Shown in pieces: positions 30,152-41,320 of a stretch of 64,000 nt of DNA. The stretch is from Candidatus Thorarchaeota archaeon. Its GTDB lineage: Archaea; Asgardarchaeota; Thorarchaeia; Thorarchaeales; Thorarchaeaceae. The number at the start of each line of letters is the position of its first letter. The first letter of the stretch is position 1. The stretch spans positions 103,041-167,040 of the forward strand of contig JAWOEX010000021.1 of the NCBI GenBank assembly GCA_046482545.1, in the 5' to 3' direction. The position numbers were made by a program, and so were the translations under genes. The notes beneath the pieces are model-generated. The model did not search any database, had not been told where the DNA came from, and worked only from the letters and a program-made list of their open reading frames with translations.

Positions 30152-30985
30152 TTAGAACTCATCAATTGTTGTCTGCTCTATCGAAGTGTGCGTAAGCATT
30201 CTTTGGAGTTTCTTTCTTTGGCGCGTGTTGATTTTTCCTAGAAATTTCATCATCTGAAAAGCATTAAGAGGGGCGTTACCTGCAAAATGGTTATTGAAAT
30301 AGCCTAGTACAGTATCCGCCTTCTGCTGAATTTCATGAAGCCTTGGAACCCAATTCTCTAGTTCTTCAAGCGAATAGAGATAGTCATACCATGGATTTCG
30401 ACCATGCCCATGCCAGCGTATATACGTGAAATCTGTTGTCACTCGCAAGTCTATTGGCAGTTTTGGTTCATCGACTATAACGTGTGCAATTTCGTAGTCC
30501 TCTAGTAGGGCCCATGTTTTCTTTTCCAACCAGCTTTCATGTCTAAATTCCATAGCATATCGAAAAGAATCATCCAAGCCAGATAAGAAGGTCTCAAGAT
30601 TGCCCATTGAGGATTTCTTCCATGGCGGTAACTGGATGAGAAGTACCTGTAGCCTATGATCCAATGGCTCCATCAATGAGAAGAAACGTTTTAGAACATC
30701 ACCGGCCTCACCCTCGAGCCGTAATCTGCTATCGTGAGTTACATCTCGAGGTAACTTAGCCGTGAAAAACTTGTCTTCAGGAAGGGTCTTTTCAAGATGG
30801 CGGATGAAAGAGGGCTTCGGAAGGGCATAGAATGTTGAGTTGATTTCTGCAGTATCAAAGTAGGTTAGATACTGTTTTAGCAAGGAAGAGCCGGAATGAT
30901 AGAAGATTCCCATCCAGTCATCTTTGTAGGACCAGCCGCTCGTCCCGATATGAAGACCTTCAATCAATGCTGCCATCTCACTCAT
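30152..30985 (-). CDS. DUF72 (UPF0759) family protein
   Basis: Length and overall pattern of about 277 aa resemble DUF72. Confidence 0.45.
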   Translation of the reverse strand: MSEMAALIEGLHIGTSGWSYKDDWMGIFYHSGSSLLKQYLTYFDTAEINSTFYALPKPSFIRHLEKTLPEDKFFTAKLPRDVTHDSRLRLEGEAGDVLKRFFSLMEPLDHRLQVLLIQLPPWKKSSMGNLETFLSGLDDSFRYAMEFRHESWLEKKTWALLEDYEIAHVIVDEPKLPIDLRVTTDFTYIRWHGHGRNPWYDYLYSLEELENWVPRLHEIQQKADTVLGYFNNHFAGNAPLNAFQMMKFLGKINTRQRKKLQRMLTHTSIEQTTIDEF

Positions 30986-31084
30986 ATTGAAAGATGTTAT
31001 TCGTTCTTTTGAATGAGCTTGCTACAGCATTGAAGGCGAAACTCATAAGGTACTCTATTAATGAAATAGTGTAAGAGGTCTTGT

Positions 31085-31393
31085 ATGAAAGCCGTCGATA
31101 TCAAGGTCAAGCTAGAGAATCTCGTCACACATCAAGGAGACTTCAGTGATTCTAGCTTCAAAATGAAATGTGATGCGTCCTACGAGGATTTGATGCTTGT
31201 TTTGGAAGGAGATAAGCGAAGGGTAAGATTGCATGCGAGAAATATAGCCAATGCTCACCTCGAAAAGGATGCACTTCGCGTTAGTGGCATGAACTTCGAA
31301 GTAACGGAAGATAACAAGCCTAGCGTTGTCAGCGGTTCGGTACGCCTAGAGCTTGGTGACGAAGCGAAAGCATGGTATGAAGAGATTTGGTAG
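31085..31393 (+). CDS. Hypothetical small protein
   Basis: ORF only. Confidence 0.3.
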   Translation: MKAVDIKVKLENLVTHQGDFSDSSFKMKCDASYEDLMLVLEGDKRRVRLHARNIANAHLEKDALRVSGMNFEVTEDNKPSVVSGSVRLELGDEAKAWYEEIW

Positions 31394-32760
31394 AAGACAG
31401 TTTTATATCAAATCACTATACGGATAACACACATGATTGGGAGCAGATGATGTTGCAGGATAGGATCGAATACGTAGAGTTCCGATTAGCTGACATATAT
31501 GGGCGGCTCAAGGGAATGACTGTACCTTGTAAGCCAGCAAAGTCAGTTGAAGAACTTCTTGATGATCCCCTGATGGAAAAAGGTACCAGTATAGATGGGA
31601 GCTCAATTGTAGGCCTCTCAAGGGTAGAATCATCCGATTTGTTTCTACAACCAGAACCAGCCACAGCGGTAGAGCTTCCATATTGGGATGTTCGTACTGC
31701 AGCGGTGATGTGTTTTGTCAGGGAGAAAATGTTTGAAGATACAGAAGCTGAGTACTATCCAAGGGATACAAGGGGTCGCCTTCATCATGTTTGTGAAGAA
31801 TACTTTCGGGACAATATGCAGCTTATGATCAAGACCGAACCGGAGTTCTACGCAATTACACCAGATGGACAGCCTATCGATAGAGGAGAGTATGCAGATA
31901 TATACCCCAAAAGTCCCACTACGTCGTATCTTCTCAATCTTTCAAATGCTTTGAGATTCGTTGGTATGGAATTACGGGTTATCCATCATGAAGTCGGATT
32001 AGCCCAGCAGGAAATCGAAATCAACTACAGTGATGCCAGACACATGGCGGATATGTTGCTACTCTTTAAGAATCTCGCAAGAGCCGTGGCAATGGAACAA
32101 TCAATGGACGTGACATTCATGCCAAAGCCATTCGATGGAGAAGCAGGAAACGGTCTCCACTGCCATCTGCAGCTATGGGAGGATGGGGAGAACCTATTCG
32201 GTTCCGATAATGCAGGAAGTCTTTCAGAAGCAGCTGAGATGTTCGTAGCGGGTCTGCTTGAGCATGCTCCAGCAATCACTGCAATTGCAAATCCAACAGT
32301 GAACTCGTACAAACGCCTTGTACCTCATCAAGAAGCACCCGTGTATATTTCATGGGGTGATAGGAACCGTACAGCATTAATTCGAGTTCCACTATTCAAA
32401 TCCAAGAATGATGCTGCGATAGAATTTAGATCCCCTGATCCCTCTACAAACCCATATCTTCTTTTTTCAGCACTTATCGCAGCTGGTATGGATGGCATCG
32501 AGAAGGAACTGGAGCCAGCCTCGCCAGTATCCAAAGATGTCTTCAAGATGTCGGATAGCGAAAGGGAGCAACTTGGTATCGGTTCGTTGCCTTCAACACT
32601 TGGTTTTGCACTCAAGTACCTAGAAGAGGACGATGTCATCACCCAAGCGATCGGAGAGGAGATTGCTGAGGACTTCATTCAGCTGAAGAAGGATGAGTGG
32701 CTAGACTACGTAAACCGCAGTATTACCGATTTTGAATGGAATCGCTACAGGAATACCTAG
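31387..32760 (+). CDS. glnA: Glutamine synthetase family enzyme (type I-like)
   Basis: NPTVNSYKRLVPHQEAPVYISWGDRNRTALIRVP matches the GS signature NSYKRLVPGYEAPV..W..RNRSA.IRIP. Also NGLHCHLQLW. Confidence 0.75.
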   Translation: MVEDSFISNHYTDNTHDWEQMMLQDRIEYVEFRLADIYGRLKGMTVPCKPAKSVEELLDDPLMEKGTSIDGSSIVGLSRVESSDLFLQPEPATAVELPYWDVRTAAVMCFVREKMFEDTEAEYYPRDTRGRLHHVCEEYFRDNMQLMIKTEPEFYAITPDGQPIDRGEYADIYPKSPTTSYLLNLSNALRFVGMELRVIHHEVGLAQQEIEINYSDARHMADMLLLFKNLARAVAMEQSMDVTFMPKPFDGEAGNGLHCHLQLWEDGENLFGSDNAGSLSEAAEMFVAGLLEHAPAITAIANPTVNSYKRLVPHQEAPVYISWGDRNRTALIRVPLFKSKNDAAIEFRSPDPSTNPYLLFSALIAAGMDGIEKELEPASPVSKDVFKMSDSEREQLGIGSLPSTLGFALKYLEEDDVITQAIGEEIAEDFIQLKKDEWLDYVNRSITDFEWNRYRNT

Positions 32761-32846
32761 TAGGGATCAACGCCTCAATCATGCTCGTCGGAGGGACTCA
32801 ATGTTAATATTGGTGAGCATATACATATTAAAAGAGGTTCACGAAG

Positions 32847-33626
32847 ATGAGTGAGGAATGTGAAAGCAAGGCCCTAGGTGCACCCATTGCCAAAATAGTA
32901 CAAACAGAAGAATTAGAACTTGATGAGCCATTGCTGGTATGTGGCTTTCCATCTGCTGGAGTTGTTGGAACTATAGCTGCCAATACCATCATGGACCAGC
33001 TCGATATGAAGGAAGTAGCTCATCTTCGTTCTAGGCATTTGCCATCAGCTACGGTATTTCTAGATGGTAGGCTCAGGCACCCATTCAGAGTATACGCAAG
33101 TAAAGATGAAAACCTCCTTGTAATGACGACGGAACTTCCCGTTGCGGAAGAAGGAATGTACGAAGTTAGCAGTGCGATTTTGGATTGGGCTGCTAGCGTA
33201 GGAGTAAGAGAAACCGTAATACTGGATGGTATTCCTGTTCAGGGTATCCCCTCCAATCGCAAAGTTTTGTATGCAGCTGAAGTGGAGAAACTAGAGGATC
33301 TTGAGGGGGATGAGAATGTTGAGATGCTTCAGAAAGGTATCATAACAGGCATTGCCGGGTCCATACTCTCAGAAACACTTTGTAGACCTATGGTTGGTTT
33401 TGCGTTTCTCACACCTGCTATTGCTGTTGTCCCCGATCCTGAGGGGGCAGCCATGCTGTTGGAGACACTCAGCAGGCACTATGAAATAGATATTGACACG
33501 GTTGAACTCAAAGAAAGTGCCGAGAATATCCGCAAGAAAATGAGAGAAATGGCCGAGCAGGTAGATGGGATGCGCAGAAAAAAACCAGGTGTTGAACATC
33601 CTGGTTTCGACAGGATTTACGCCTAG
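32847..33626 (+). CDS. PAC2-family (proteasome assembly chaperone-like, COG1938) protein
   Basis: LLVCGFPSAGVVGTIAANTIMDQL. Overall alpha/beta pattern matches archaeal PbaA/B. Confidence 0.5.
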   Translation: MSEECESKALGAPIAKIVQTEELELDEPLLVCGFPSAGVVGTIAANTIMDQLDMKEVAHLRSRHLPSATVFLDGRLRHPFRVYASKDENLLVMTTELPVAEEGMYEVSSAILDWAASVGVRETVILDGIPVQGIPSNRKVLYAAEVEKLEDLEGDENVEMLQKGIITGIAGSILSETLCRPMVGFAFLTPAIAVVPDPEGAAMLLETLSRHYEIDIDTVELKESAENIRKKMREMAEQVDGMRRKKPGVEHPGFDRIYA

Positions 33627-33761
33627 TTGGGGCCTTTGTACATCCATCTGGCAGTTGAAAGAAACAGGTCTTTCAACTGCATAATCCCAAGTACAGCTAC
33701 ATATACATAACAAGCTGGCAAGCTAGACACAGTAGTGCTCAGCAATCATGGGGCTGTAGAC

Positions 33762-34313
33762 CTATTCACCACAGTCTTTGTAGGCCATTGCTGCCCCTTC
33801 AGCGTTACGTTTCCCCACTTTGCCAGGCCAATTCTCTTCTATTACTTCCTGAACAGTCTCAAGTTTGACCAACCCTGTCGCTTTTGAGAAAGCACCGAGT
33901 GCAGGAGTATTAACAACCGGCAGACCAGATACTAATAGACCCAACTTCAAAGCAATCCCTGTTCCATCAAACGTATAGATTCGCCCACGTTCAATACCGA
34001 GATTATCAGGCTCTTTTTGAGTATTGATTATGACTTTTCCACCATCTTTCAGGCCTTCACTTACATCCACGAGGTCAATTATGGTCGGGTCCAGCACTGT
34101 GACAATATCGGGCTCATAAACTTGGCTTCGAACATTAATCGGTTCGTCTGAAATCCGCGTGAAAGCCCGTACAGGAGCACCTCTACGTTCAGCCCCGAAG
34201 TAAGGGAATCCCTGCACACCCTTATAGCCATCCTTGTAAGCCGCCTTAGCAAGAAGCTCAGCTGAAGTAACACCGCCCTGGCCGCCTCTGCCATGCCATC
34301 GAACTTCTATCAT
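33762..34313 (-). CDS. 2-oxoacid:ferredoxin oxidoreductase gamma subunit
   Basis: MIEVRWHGRGGQGGVTSAELLAKAA...GFPYFGAERRGAPV. Confidence 0.65.
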   Translation of the reverse strand: MIEVRWHGRGGQGGVTSAELLAKAAYKDGYKGVQGFPYFGAERRGAPVRAFTRISDEPINVRSQVYEPDIVTVLDPTIIDLVDVSEGLKDGGKVIINTQKEPDNLGIERGRIYTFDGTGIALKLGLLVSGLPVVNTPALGAFSKATGLVKLETVQEVIEENWPGKVGKRNAEGAAMAYKDCGE

Positions 34314-34383
34314 CTTTGAATCCCCAAAGCAGTCATGAGGAGGGGGGCAAGGGTACAGTAAAACCTTTTCGCTGTGACACATA

Positions 34384-35748
34384 TCAGAAGTCTTCAACCA
34401 GAGCCTCAGTTACACCTCGAGCTGAGCGTGCTGCCTGTTGAAGACCAACTCCGCTTCCAGCCGTGTCTGTTCCCACGATGTAAAGTCCATTAGCTGGTGT
34501 CCTGGGGCCAGGTCGATCCAAATCAGTTTGCCCAGGAATGAGAGCTGCCCGTGTTGCATATGAAGACTGCATGTGCTCCATTTCTATATGATCTAACACC
34601 GCAGGGAAGTATTCAGCCAGTATTTCATCTTTCACTCTTCCAGCCAGTTCTTCAGGAGAGTCATCAATGATAATCGTGGCTAATCCTAGAAGCTCCTTAC
34701 CTTCAGGGGCACAAGAAGAATCAAAACTAGATACCGAAACAATCCACGTAGGTGGCCGTGGATGAACTATCACACGAGACTTGCAATCACCAATGACGAC
34801 TTCATCTAGGCCCAACCACAAGGTCATTCCCTTGGTTACCCTGAAATCACTCCATCGTTCGAAGAAGTCGTTTGTTTCTTCATCGTCGGAATCGATTATG
34901 TCTGGCATAGACCAAAGCGGAATATTGCTCACAATTCGGTCGTGATTAATCTCTCGACCTCCTGCTGCGATTCCAGTTACATTCCCGTCTGCAATCCGAA
35001 CGCTGTCTACCGGTGTATCAAGCACATAATTACCATTGATGTTGTCTGTAACCCGCTGCCGAATGCCAAGCATCCCCCCAATAACATAGCCTTCATCATA
35101 TTCATCCGAACCAAAAAGCAGCTTCTTCAGGGATTTAATCTTTGAAGTGTCTTTGTCTGTGTCCTTCAAAGTTCGGAGAGCTTCGTATGCTGACGCTTCT
35201 TCAACGGGTACACCGGCTGCCATGTATATTGCGCTCTCCATCACATCCAGTATCACTTGATTTTCGACATTGTTGTTCTTCATGAATTCAAGAAAGGAGA
35301 TGTCCTTGTATTCCTTCATTTCCTCAAGACTCATTGTCTTGATTTTAGCGCCTATTCTAGCTAGAGTCAATCGACCTTTAAGAGAAGTCAAAGGCCATCT
35401 CAGGGTCTCACTAACGCTGGTAGGTATGGTCCCAACCTTGTCGTATACCCGAAAGAACCAGCCTTCATGTAATACAAACTCGGGGGGTGGATCAAGATGT
35501 TCTCTGAGGAACTCTGTGAACGCTCCTCTCTTGACGCGAGTGATTACATGGAGACCATTATCAACTCGATAGCCATCGATGTGATAGCCATGCCAAACCC
35601 CTCCTAAGTGATTGTTCTTCTCGATGATAAGTGATTTCATGCCTTTTGAGGTTAAGGAGAGGGCTGCGAGCAGACCACCTGCACCTCCACCAGCAATGAT
35701 AGCATCATACTCTGATGGCGCAACTTCGTCAATGGGTATTTTATCCAT
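34384..35748 (-). CDS. FAD-dependent oxidoreductase (phytoene-desaturase-like/COG1233)
   Basis: YDAIIAGGGAGGLLAALSL...IIEKNNHLGG dinucleotide-binding motif. Confidence 0.6.
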   Translation of the reverse strand: MDKIPIDEVAPSEYDAIIAGGGAGGLLAALSLTSKGMKSLIIEKNNHLGGVWHGYHIDGYRVDNGLHVITRVKRGAFTEFLREHLDPPPEFVLHEGWFFRVYDKVGTIPTSVSETLRWPLTSLKGRLTLARIGAKIKTMSLEEMKEYKDISFLEFMKNNNVENQVILDVMESAIYMAAGVPVEEASAYEALRTLKDTDKDTSKIKSLKKLLFGSDEYDEGYVIGGMLGIRQRVTDNINGNYVLDTPVDSVRIADGNVTGIAAGGREINHDRIVSNIPLWSMPDIIDSDDEETNDFFERWSDFRVTKGMTLWLGLDEVVIGDCKSRVIVHPRPPTWIVSVSSFDSSCAPEGKELLGLATIIIDDSPEELAGRVKDEILAEYFPAVLDHIEMEHMQSSYATRAALIPGQTDLDRPGPRTPANGLYIVGTDTAGSGVGLQQAARSARGVTEALVEDF

Positions 35749-35809
35749 AGGTGGTCACAAGCATCCGCTTATTGTTCAGTTTACTAAATATTTCCAATCA
35801 GCCAATACG

Positions 35810-36910
35810 CTATAATGAAATCAAGCGGTCAGTATCCGCAGACTTGTACGCAACATCAACTAATCGATGCGCTTTAAGAGCATCACGAAAAGATGGATCC
35901 ACATCCTCATTTGCTTGAACAGATTTCAGAAAGGCGTAGCTAAGAGCGGAGTATCTTTCTGATCCTACAGCGGTAATTGTTTGCAATTGTTCCGTGTTCA
36001 ATTCCTCCGGATCCAAACCCAATTTTTCCAGTAGAACTTCATTAGCATCATCTACAGAAATGATATTTGGGGTCCCACCTTTCAAATGGTATTCTAAGTA
36101 ACGTTCGTCAGAGCTAAGATCAACAGCAATGTATCCTTCTTGGAAGAAAAGCTCTATGAACCGCTCATTGGGGCGGTCCACCCAGTGCCAGACAGAATCT
36201 AGGGTGCTTACTGCACCGTTGATATGGGTCAAGGTTACTGATGCTTGATCTTCAACCTCCCGTTCAGAGAAAAAGTTGACTCTCGAGAATACATTTTCAA
36301 CATCACCCATTAACCACAGCAACAAGTCCAAATCGTGTATGCTATGCTCAATAAGGGTGCCACCTCCGGCTATTGATTTGTCACCTCTCCATTGGCTATA
36401 GTAGCTGTAATCAACGGGAAAGTGTTGATCATCACGAATATGAGCAAGCATGGGCTGTCCGAGATTCTTTCTCTCGATAAGCCGCTTGGCATAAAGAAGC
36501 AATTGATCGTATCGCAAGACCAGTCCCACGCCAGTTCGGATGCTGTGTCTATTGACAGATCCCATCAAATCACGTGTCTGCGGAGTGCTGTGTGTTAATG
36601 GTTTCTCACAGAAGATGTCTTTCTCTTGTTCTGCGACAGCTTTGACGATGTCGGTGTGTCGATTTGTAGGTGTACAGACATAAACAACATCAATATCATC
36701 ATCGGCAGCCAAGTCTTCATATTCTGTATATGTTGTTTGTACATCATAGAGTGCGGCAACTCGTTCCAACGTCTCCTCATCGATGTCACACAGAGCAGTA
36801 ATATCAAGATTCAGAAGTCCTGAGTTTTTCAATGCAGCCAAACTCATCAGGTGCATATTACCGATGTTGCCTGCACCAATCAACCCCACATGAATCCTTT
36901 GCAAGGCCAA
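35810..36910 (-). CDS. Gfo/Idh/MocA family oxidoreductase
   Basis: IHVGLIGAGNIGNMHL Rossmann motif. About 366 aa. Confidence 0.7.
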   Translation of the reverse strand: MALQRIHVGLIGAGNIGNMHLMSLAALKNSGLLNLDITALCDIDEETLERVAALYDVQTTYTEYEDLAADDDIDVVYVCTPTNRHTDIVKAVAEQEKDIFCEKPLTHSTPQTRDLMGSVNRHSIRTGVGLVLRYDQLLLYAKRLIERKNLGQPMLAHIRDDQHFPVDYSYYSQWRGDKSIAGGGTLIEHSIHDLDLLLWLMGDVENVFSRVNFFSEREVEDQASVTLTHINGAVSTLDSVWHWVDRPNERFIELFFQEGYIAVDLSSDERYLEYHLKGGTPNIISVDDANEVLLEKLGLDPEELNTEQLQTITAVGSERYSALSYAFLKSVQANEDVDPSFRDALKAHRLVDVAYKSADTDRLISL

Positions 36911-37031
36911 CTTAACACCAACGAATGGTATATCACAAGGGCATAAGAGTCTTGTTTACCAACTATTATGAGGATTGTTGCCCCTAAAACTCGTCAAAGA
37001 AGCCGCATTCATCTCAAAAGAGTGACCTTTC

Positions 37032-38870
37032 ATGAGTCCAGCAGAACAAACAGTACAGGAGGCACGAGATGCCATACGAAATGGTGAGGAGAAGCTAGCA
37101 GCTGAATTGCTAAAAAAAGCAGCAAGGCAGCTGGCCGCAGAAGGAAAGCCCCAGTGGGCGAAGAATCTCTATCTTGAAGCATGTGAGCTCTATAGTGAGA
37201 TTGGTGACAAGAAGGCATGTTTCAATCTGATAGAACAAGCGACCCTCACGTTTATCCGTCAAGATTCGGACCCTGAAGTACACGAGGCAATCGTAGCCCT
37301 CAATGAGAATGGTGGAAAGATTGCAGAAAAATGGGATGAATACAAGACAGCAGCTGATTTCTATTTTCGAAGCAAAGATTTTGCATCCGATACAAAGGTC
37401 AAGGACAGACTCACTATTCGAGCAGCAGATGCCCTAGAGAATTTAGCAGATATACATGAAGAGAACAAGGAATTCGAAGAATCGATCAACCTCCTGAAAA
37501 AGGCGGGCCGTCTGTATTATACTGTTGATGATGAAGAGCTGGGGCGTAGAATGCATGATAGAGCAATTCGACTGGCCATGAAATGGGTTGATTCTGCAGA
37601 AAGTGAGCAGGATTATCTTTCAGCAGGCAATGCACTTGCAGAAGCAGCTCAAATCATGCAAAGTGAAGATGAGGCTGCTGAGGCTATTCCGCTAATGATG
37701 AGAGCAGGAGAGAAATACGAACAGGCAGAGCTGTTCGAAAAGGCAGGAAACATCTATGATGCAGCCCAAGAAGCCTATGGATTTGAGCGGCTTTCAAGCG
37801 GCCAAAAAAAGGCGGCCAGCAAAGCTGCAGAAGCCTACACAAAAATGAGAGGGGCACCTAATGTTCTAGCACCCCTTCTTATCAGAGCAGGTAAGCTATA
37901 TCGGAAAGCTGGACGAATTATGAAAGCCAGGTGGTCCTATAAGCGTGCGAGTAAGCTGTTCGGCGAACTTGCTGATGCTGCAGCTGTCGAGGAAGACGAC
38001 GAAACTGAGAACAGGTACCGCCGTTATAGGGCCATGTGCCTGCAGGAATGGGGGCAAGAGGAAAAGGCCAATGAAATCTATGAAAAGGTCATTGAGTACT
38101 ACATCAGCAGAGCGCGAATAGAAAAAGAAGGGGAAAATAAAGAGAGGCAAGCGATGTCTCTGGAAGAAGCTGCTGAGGTAATGCGAGAAGCTGGCCAACA
38201 AGAAGAAGCTGAGGAAACTCTAAGCCTAGCACTTGCAATTTATGTTGAGCTAGCTAAGACATCATCTGAAGCAGATAAACCCGGTGAAGCATCGGAGTAC
38301 TACAGCAAAGCTGCCGAGTGTTGCAACAAACTTGGGTCTGACAAGGAAGCATCTTCATTTCACAAAAAAGCAAGTGAACAAGCAAAAGAAGCAGCACACA
38401 TGTACGAAGAGCTGGGAGTCTCTGAACTGAGCGCTATCTGGAGTAGGACAGCTGGCAGAGAAGCACTACGTTCAGGAAATTCTGATACCATAGAAGAAGG
38501 AATACAATTGCTGCGGCAGTCTTGTGCCATTTTCAGTGATATTGGTGAGAAAACTGATGCTTTCGAGGATCTATTCAGTATATTCGAGGCACTCTTCACT
38601 AATTTCCCTGAAAAGAAGACCGAGATAGAAAACACGTTCCAAGCACTGGAGGAGATTGCGAGAGCTCAAAACCAAGAAGAGATGACATCTATAATCCCTG
38701 TACTAAAGGGGTTGAAACAGAAAAACTTCACAATCGCTCTTATGGCCTTTCAAGAAAATGAGGATGATTTGATTGAAAAATCTGAGCGACTCCGACGAAT
38801 GTTAGATACTCTTCCCGGACCAAAGAGGGGGCGATCCTCTCCATTATCCAAGTACGGCCGAATCGCGTAG
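37032..38870 (+). CDS. Large Glu/Ala/Lys-rich alpha-helical repeat protein (TPR-like)
   Basis: 612 aa with recurrent EEA/KAG helical repeats. Confidence 0.45.
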   Translation: MSPAEQTVQEARDAIRNGEEKLAAELLKKAARQLAAEGKPQWAKNLYLEACELYSEIGDKKACFNLIEQATLTFIRQDSDPEVHEAIVALNENGGKIAEKWDEYKTAADFYFRSKDFASDTKVKDRLTIRAADALENLADIHEENKEFEESINLLKKAGRLYYTVDDEELGRRMHDRAIRLAMKWVDSAESEQDYLSAGNALAEAAQIMQSEDEAAEAIPLMMRAGEKYEQAELFEKAGNIYDAAQEAYGFERLSSGQKKAASKAAEAYTKMRGAPNVLAPLLIRAGKLYRKAGRIMKARWSYKRASKLFGELADAAAVEEDDETENRYRRYRAMCLQEWGQEEKANEIYEKVIEYYISRARIEKEGENKERQAMSLEEAAEVMREAGQQEEAEETLSLALAIYVELAKTSSEADKPGEASEYYSKAAECCNKLGSDKEASSFHKKASEQAKEAAHMYEELGVSELSAIWSRTAGREALRSGNSDTIEEGIQLLRQSCAIFSDIGEKTDAFEDLFSIFEALFTNFPEKKTEIENTFQALEEIARAQNQEEMTSIIPVLKGLKQKNFTIALMAFQENEDDLIEKSERLRRMLDTLPGPKRGRSSPLSKYGRIA

Positions 38871-38882
38871 TTCTTTAGGCCC

Positions 38883-39332
38883 TTGATGGCAATGCATGTA
38901 CTGGTGAATCCATTGCCAACGCATCATGATACGCTTACATTTTCGACTCAAGGTCACTGTGATATGATTGACATCACGGACGCTGTGAGCAAGAAAGTGA
39001 AATCCAGTCCGCTCGAGAGCGGAATATGCACCGTATTCTGCCCTGGATCAACAGGCTCAGTCATAACAATTGAGTATGAAGAAGGTCTTCTGGAAGACTT
39101 CCCGGCGACAATGGGGCGAATCGCTCCTAAAGATACAGAATACAAACATCATCTGCGATGGCATGACGGCAACGGCCATAGTCACTGTAGAGCGTCAACA
39201 GTCGGCCCTTCCATGACAATTCCGTTTGTAAATAAGAAACTAACACTAGGCACTTGGCAACAAATTGCCTTTGCTGACTTTGACAACAAAGCGAGAAACA
39301 GAACACTTGAGATAATGCTCATTGGTGAATGA
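38883..39332 (+). CDS. YjbQ/UPF0047 family protein
   Basis: ITDAV...GICTVFCPGSTGSVITIEYEEGLLEDF...HSHCRASTVGPSMTIPF...LGTWQQI. Confidence 0.65.
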   Translation: MMAMHVLVNPLPTHHDTLTFSTQGHCDMIDITDAVSKKVKSSPLESGICTVFCPGSTGSVITIEYEEGLLEDFPATMGRIAPKDTEYKHHLRWHDGNGHSHCRASTVGPSMTIPFVNKKLTLGTWQQIAFADFDNKARNRTLEIMLIGE

Positions 39333-39602
39333 CTACAGAAGTGCAGCATCGCTTGGGGGGTCCCATTTCAGCTGGCGTTGACCATGGTCGTCATCATTCG
39401 AGTCCCAGACCCTTGCTGCCAAGTACTTCATGCGAAGCGATCTACGCAAACGATGAAGCTGGAAAGGTACATTCCAGCCCACAGGGCTATTGCGATACTC
39501 AGTTGTTTCCATAAGCTCCCGTACGCTATCCAATTCTTTCTTGACTTGAGCCTTCACACTCTCGAGGTCTCGGCTTATCAAGAATCGTTCCCTATCGGTC
39601 AT
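39333..39602 (-). CDS. Hypothetical small protein
   Basis: ORF only. Confidence 0.3.
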   Translation of the reverse strand: MTDRERFLISRDLESVKAQVKKELDSVRELMETTEYRNSPVGWNVPFQLHRLRRSLRMKYLAARVWDSNDDDHGQRQLKWDPPSDAALL

Positions 39603-39734
39603 GGTTCAGTACCTCGGCAATAACAAAACAAATATCTCAATAGATAATACAAAAGTGAGTAATACAGCTCAGTGTCATTCTAGCACGGGATGGAAACAGC
39701 AGGAAATGATCTGTAGTGTTTCCAGCATAAATTG

Positions 39735-40253
39735 CTATATCTTCTCTCTCTTTATTGGTACCCTCTTCATCGTGGTACCGCACACTGGGCAATTGCGTGA
39801 CCCTGACGCAGGGCGTTGATGTCCACATGCCGGACAAAGAAGAATCCATTCTATCTTGTGAGTCATTTTCTTCCCAATTTCTTCTACAGGCAGCCCAATC
39901 GATTTCGCAGTATTTAGGAGAGCGAAGTCGCTGGATACAATAGTAGCATCAAATCCCTGTTCATCTTTCCAGACTGCCAAAGCGAGTAGTTGAACGTCCG
40001 TTTCTGATAAGACGGAAGCATCACCAGTTTTCGCCGCGGCCGTTTTTACCTCGTTGAGGTGTCGTGGTAAGGGATCTTGAACAGACAGCTTCCCAGTATC
40101 TATCAACCTTTGAGCCCGGGTTTTGCTCGGTCGGTTGTGAAGCTCATCAATCACACTGCGAGCTGTGAAGAACTGTGCATCGCGCCTTGCTTCTGCCCAT
40201 TTGCTAAGTAGGGCTCCAGTATCGAGCACAAATATGTCCTCCATCAGGCACAC
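39735..40253 (-). CDS. nob1: Nob1-like PIN-domain endonuclease with C-terminal zinc ribbon
   Basis: PIN N-terminus FVLDTGALL. C-terminal CPACGH...CPVCG ribbon. Confidence 0.6.
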   Translation of the reverse strand: MCLMEDIFVLDTGALLSKWAEARRDAQFFTARSVIDELHNRPSKTRAQRLIDTGKLSVQDPLPRHLNEVKTAAAKTGDASVLSETDVQLLALAVWKDEQGFDATIVSSDFALLNTAKSIGLPVEEIGKKMTHKIEWILLCPACGHQRPASGSRNCPVCGTTMKRVPIKREKI

Positions 40254-40259
40254 CTGTAG

Positions 40260-41129
40260 TTACAGCGTTCGGGGCACGATTCTGGTATTGAGTCGGTCAT
40301 AGTAGTTGTCAGACATGCGTATAAAACGCGTAATCACATCGGATTTCTTGATCCACACTGTTTCGCCCGGTTCAACTTCTAATCTTCTTTGTCCGTCAAT
40401 TACGGCAAGGCCGTGAGCTCCAGGTTTCACCAGCTCCAGCTCCACCGTGCTATCATCAGAGACAACTATGGATTTCAATTCAAAACGTGGTGGGCACACA
40501 GGAACGAATATCAAACCACCAACATCAGGGGCAACAATCGAGCCACCCGCAGCAAGGGCGTAGGCGGTAGATCCTATAGGAGTAGATAGCATAGCTCCGT
40601 CAGCTCGACCATAGTCTATTCGAACACCATCCACATACACCTGAAATGTCAGTAATCGACCCGGAATGGATGATGCAACATAGACCTCGTTAAGTGCATA
40701 ACCAAATTCCCGATCACCAACACCCGAAACCAAATTGATGTTCTTGTCAATAACGCAATCATTGGCCAACACTTTCTGTAGAGAACTCACAGCCGTAGTT
40801 GTGCTGCTTTCGGTCAGAAATCCAACATTTCCGCGATTCACACAAAACAGAGGGTTTTCCCGATTGCTGAGTTGGGAGAGTGTATAGAGGATGGTTCCAT
40901 CGCCGCCTATGGTGATAACGAAATCTGTTTCAAATTCCGAGATAGGGCGCTCTTCCGCAACGGAGTGGATACCGACACACGATCCTTCATCGACTTGAAT
41001 GGCAATATCTTGTGATATGAGAAAGCTAGCAATACGCTCGGCTATCTTCCTTGTATCAAGCCGACCAGGTTTACAGACAATACCCACAGCGCGCCGGTCA
41101 CTCATTATCTGCGGTTTTCGCTCTATCAC
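40260..41129 (-). CDS. nadK: NAD kinase
   Basis: GGDGTIL motif and NRGNVGFL. Confidence 0.8.
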   Translation of the reverse strand: MIERKPQIMSDRRAVGIVCKPGRLDTRKIAERIASFLISQDIAIQVDEGSCVGIHSVAEERPISEFETDFVITIGGDGTILYTLSQLSNRENPLFCVNRGNVGFLTESSTTTAVSSLQKVLANDCVIDKNINLVSGVGDREFGYALNEVYVASSIPGRLLTFQVYVDGVRIDYGRADGAMLSTPIGSTAYALAAGGSIVAPDVGGLIFVPVCPPRFELKSIVVSDDSTVELELVKPGAHGLAVIDGQRRLEVEPGETVWIKKSDVITRFIRMSDNYYDRLNTRIVPRTL

Positions 41130-41320
41130 AACCGTGCACTTCCCGTTGTTGTGGATGGCATCCTCGACTCTTTATTCTTATTATTGGTCGGTCATATGAT
41201 AAATCTAATAGTTTAGAGAGTATCGGGAATCCACAAACCGATTCGCCATAAAGCATTTTAATGCAATATCTGTCTCCACATAAGAAACGGTCTGCAAGAC
41301 ACGACAGGAGAGAATCGAAA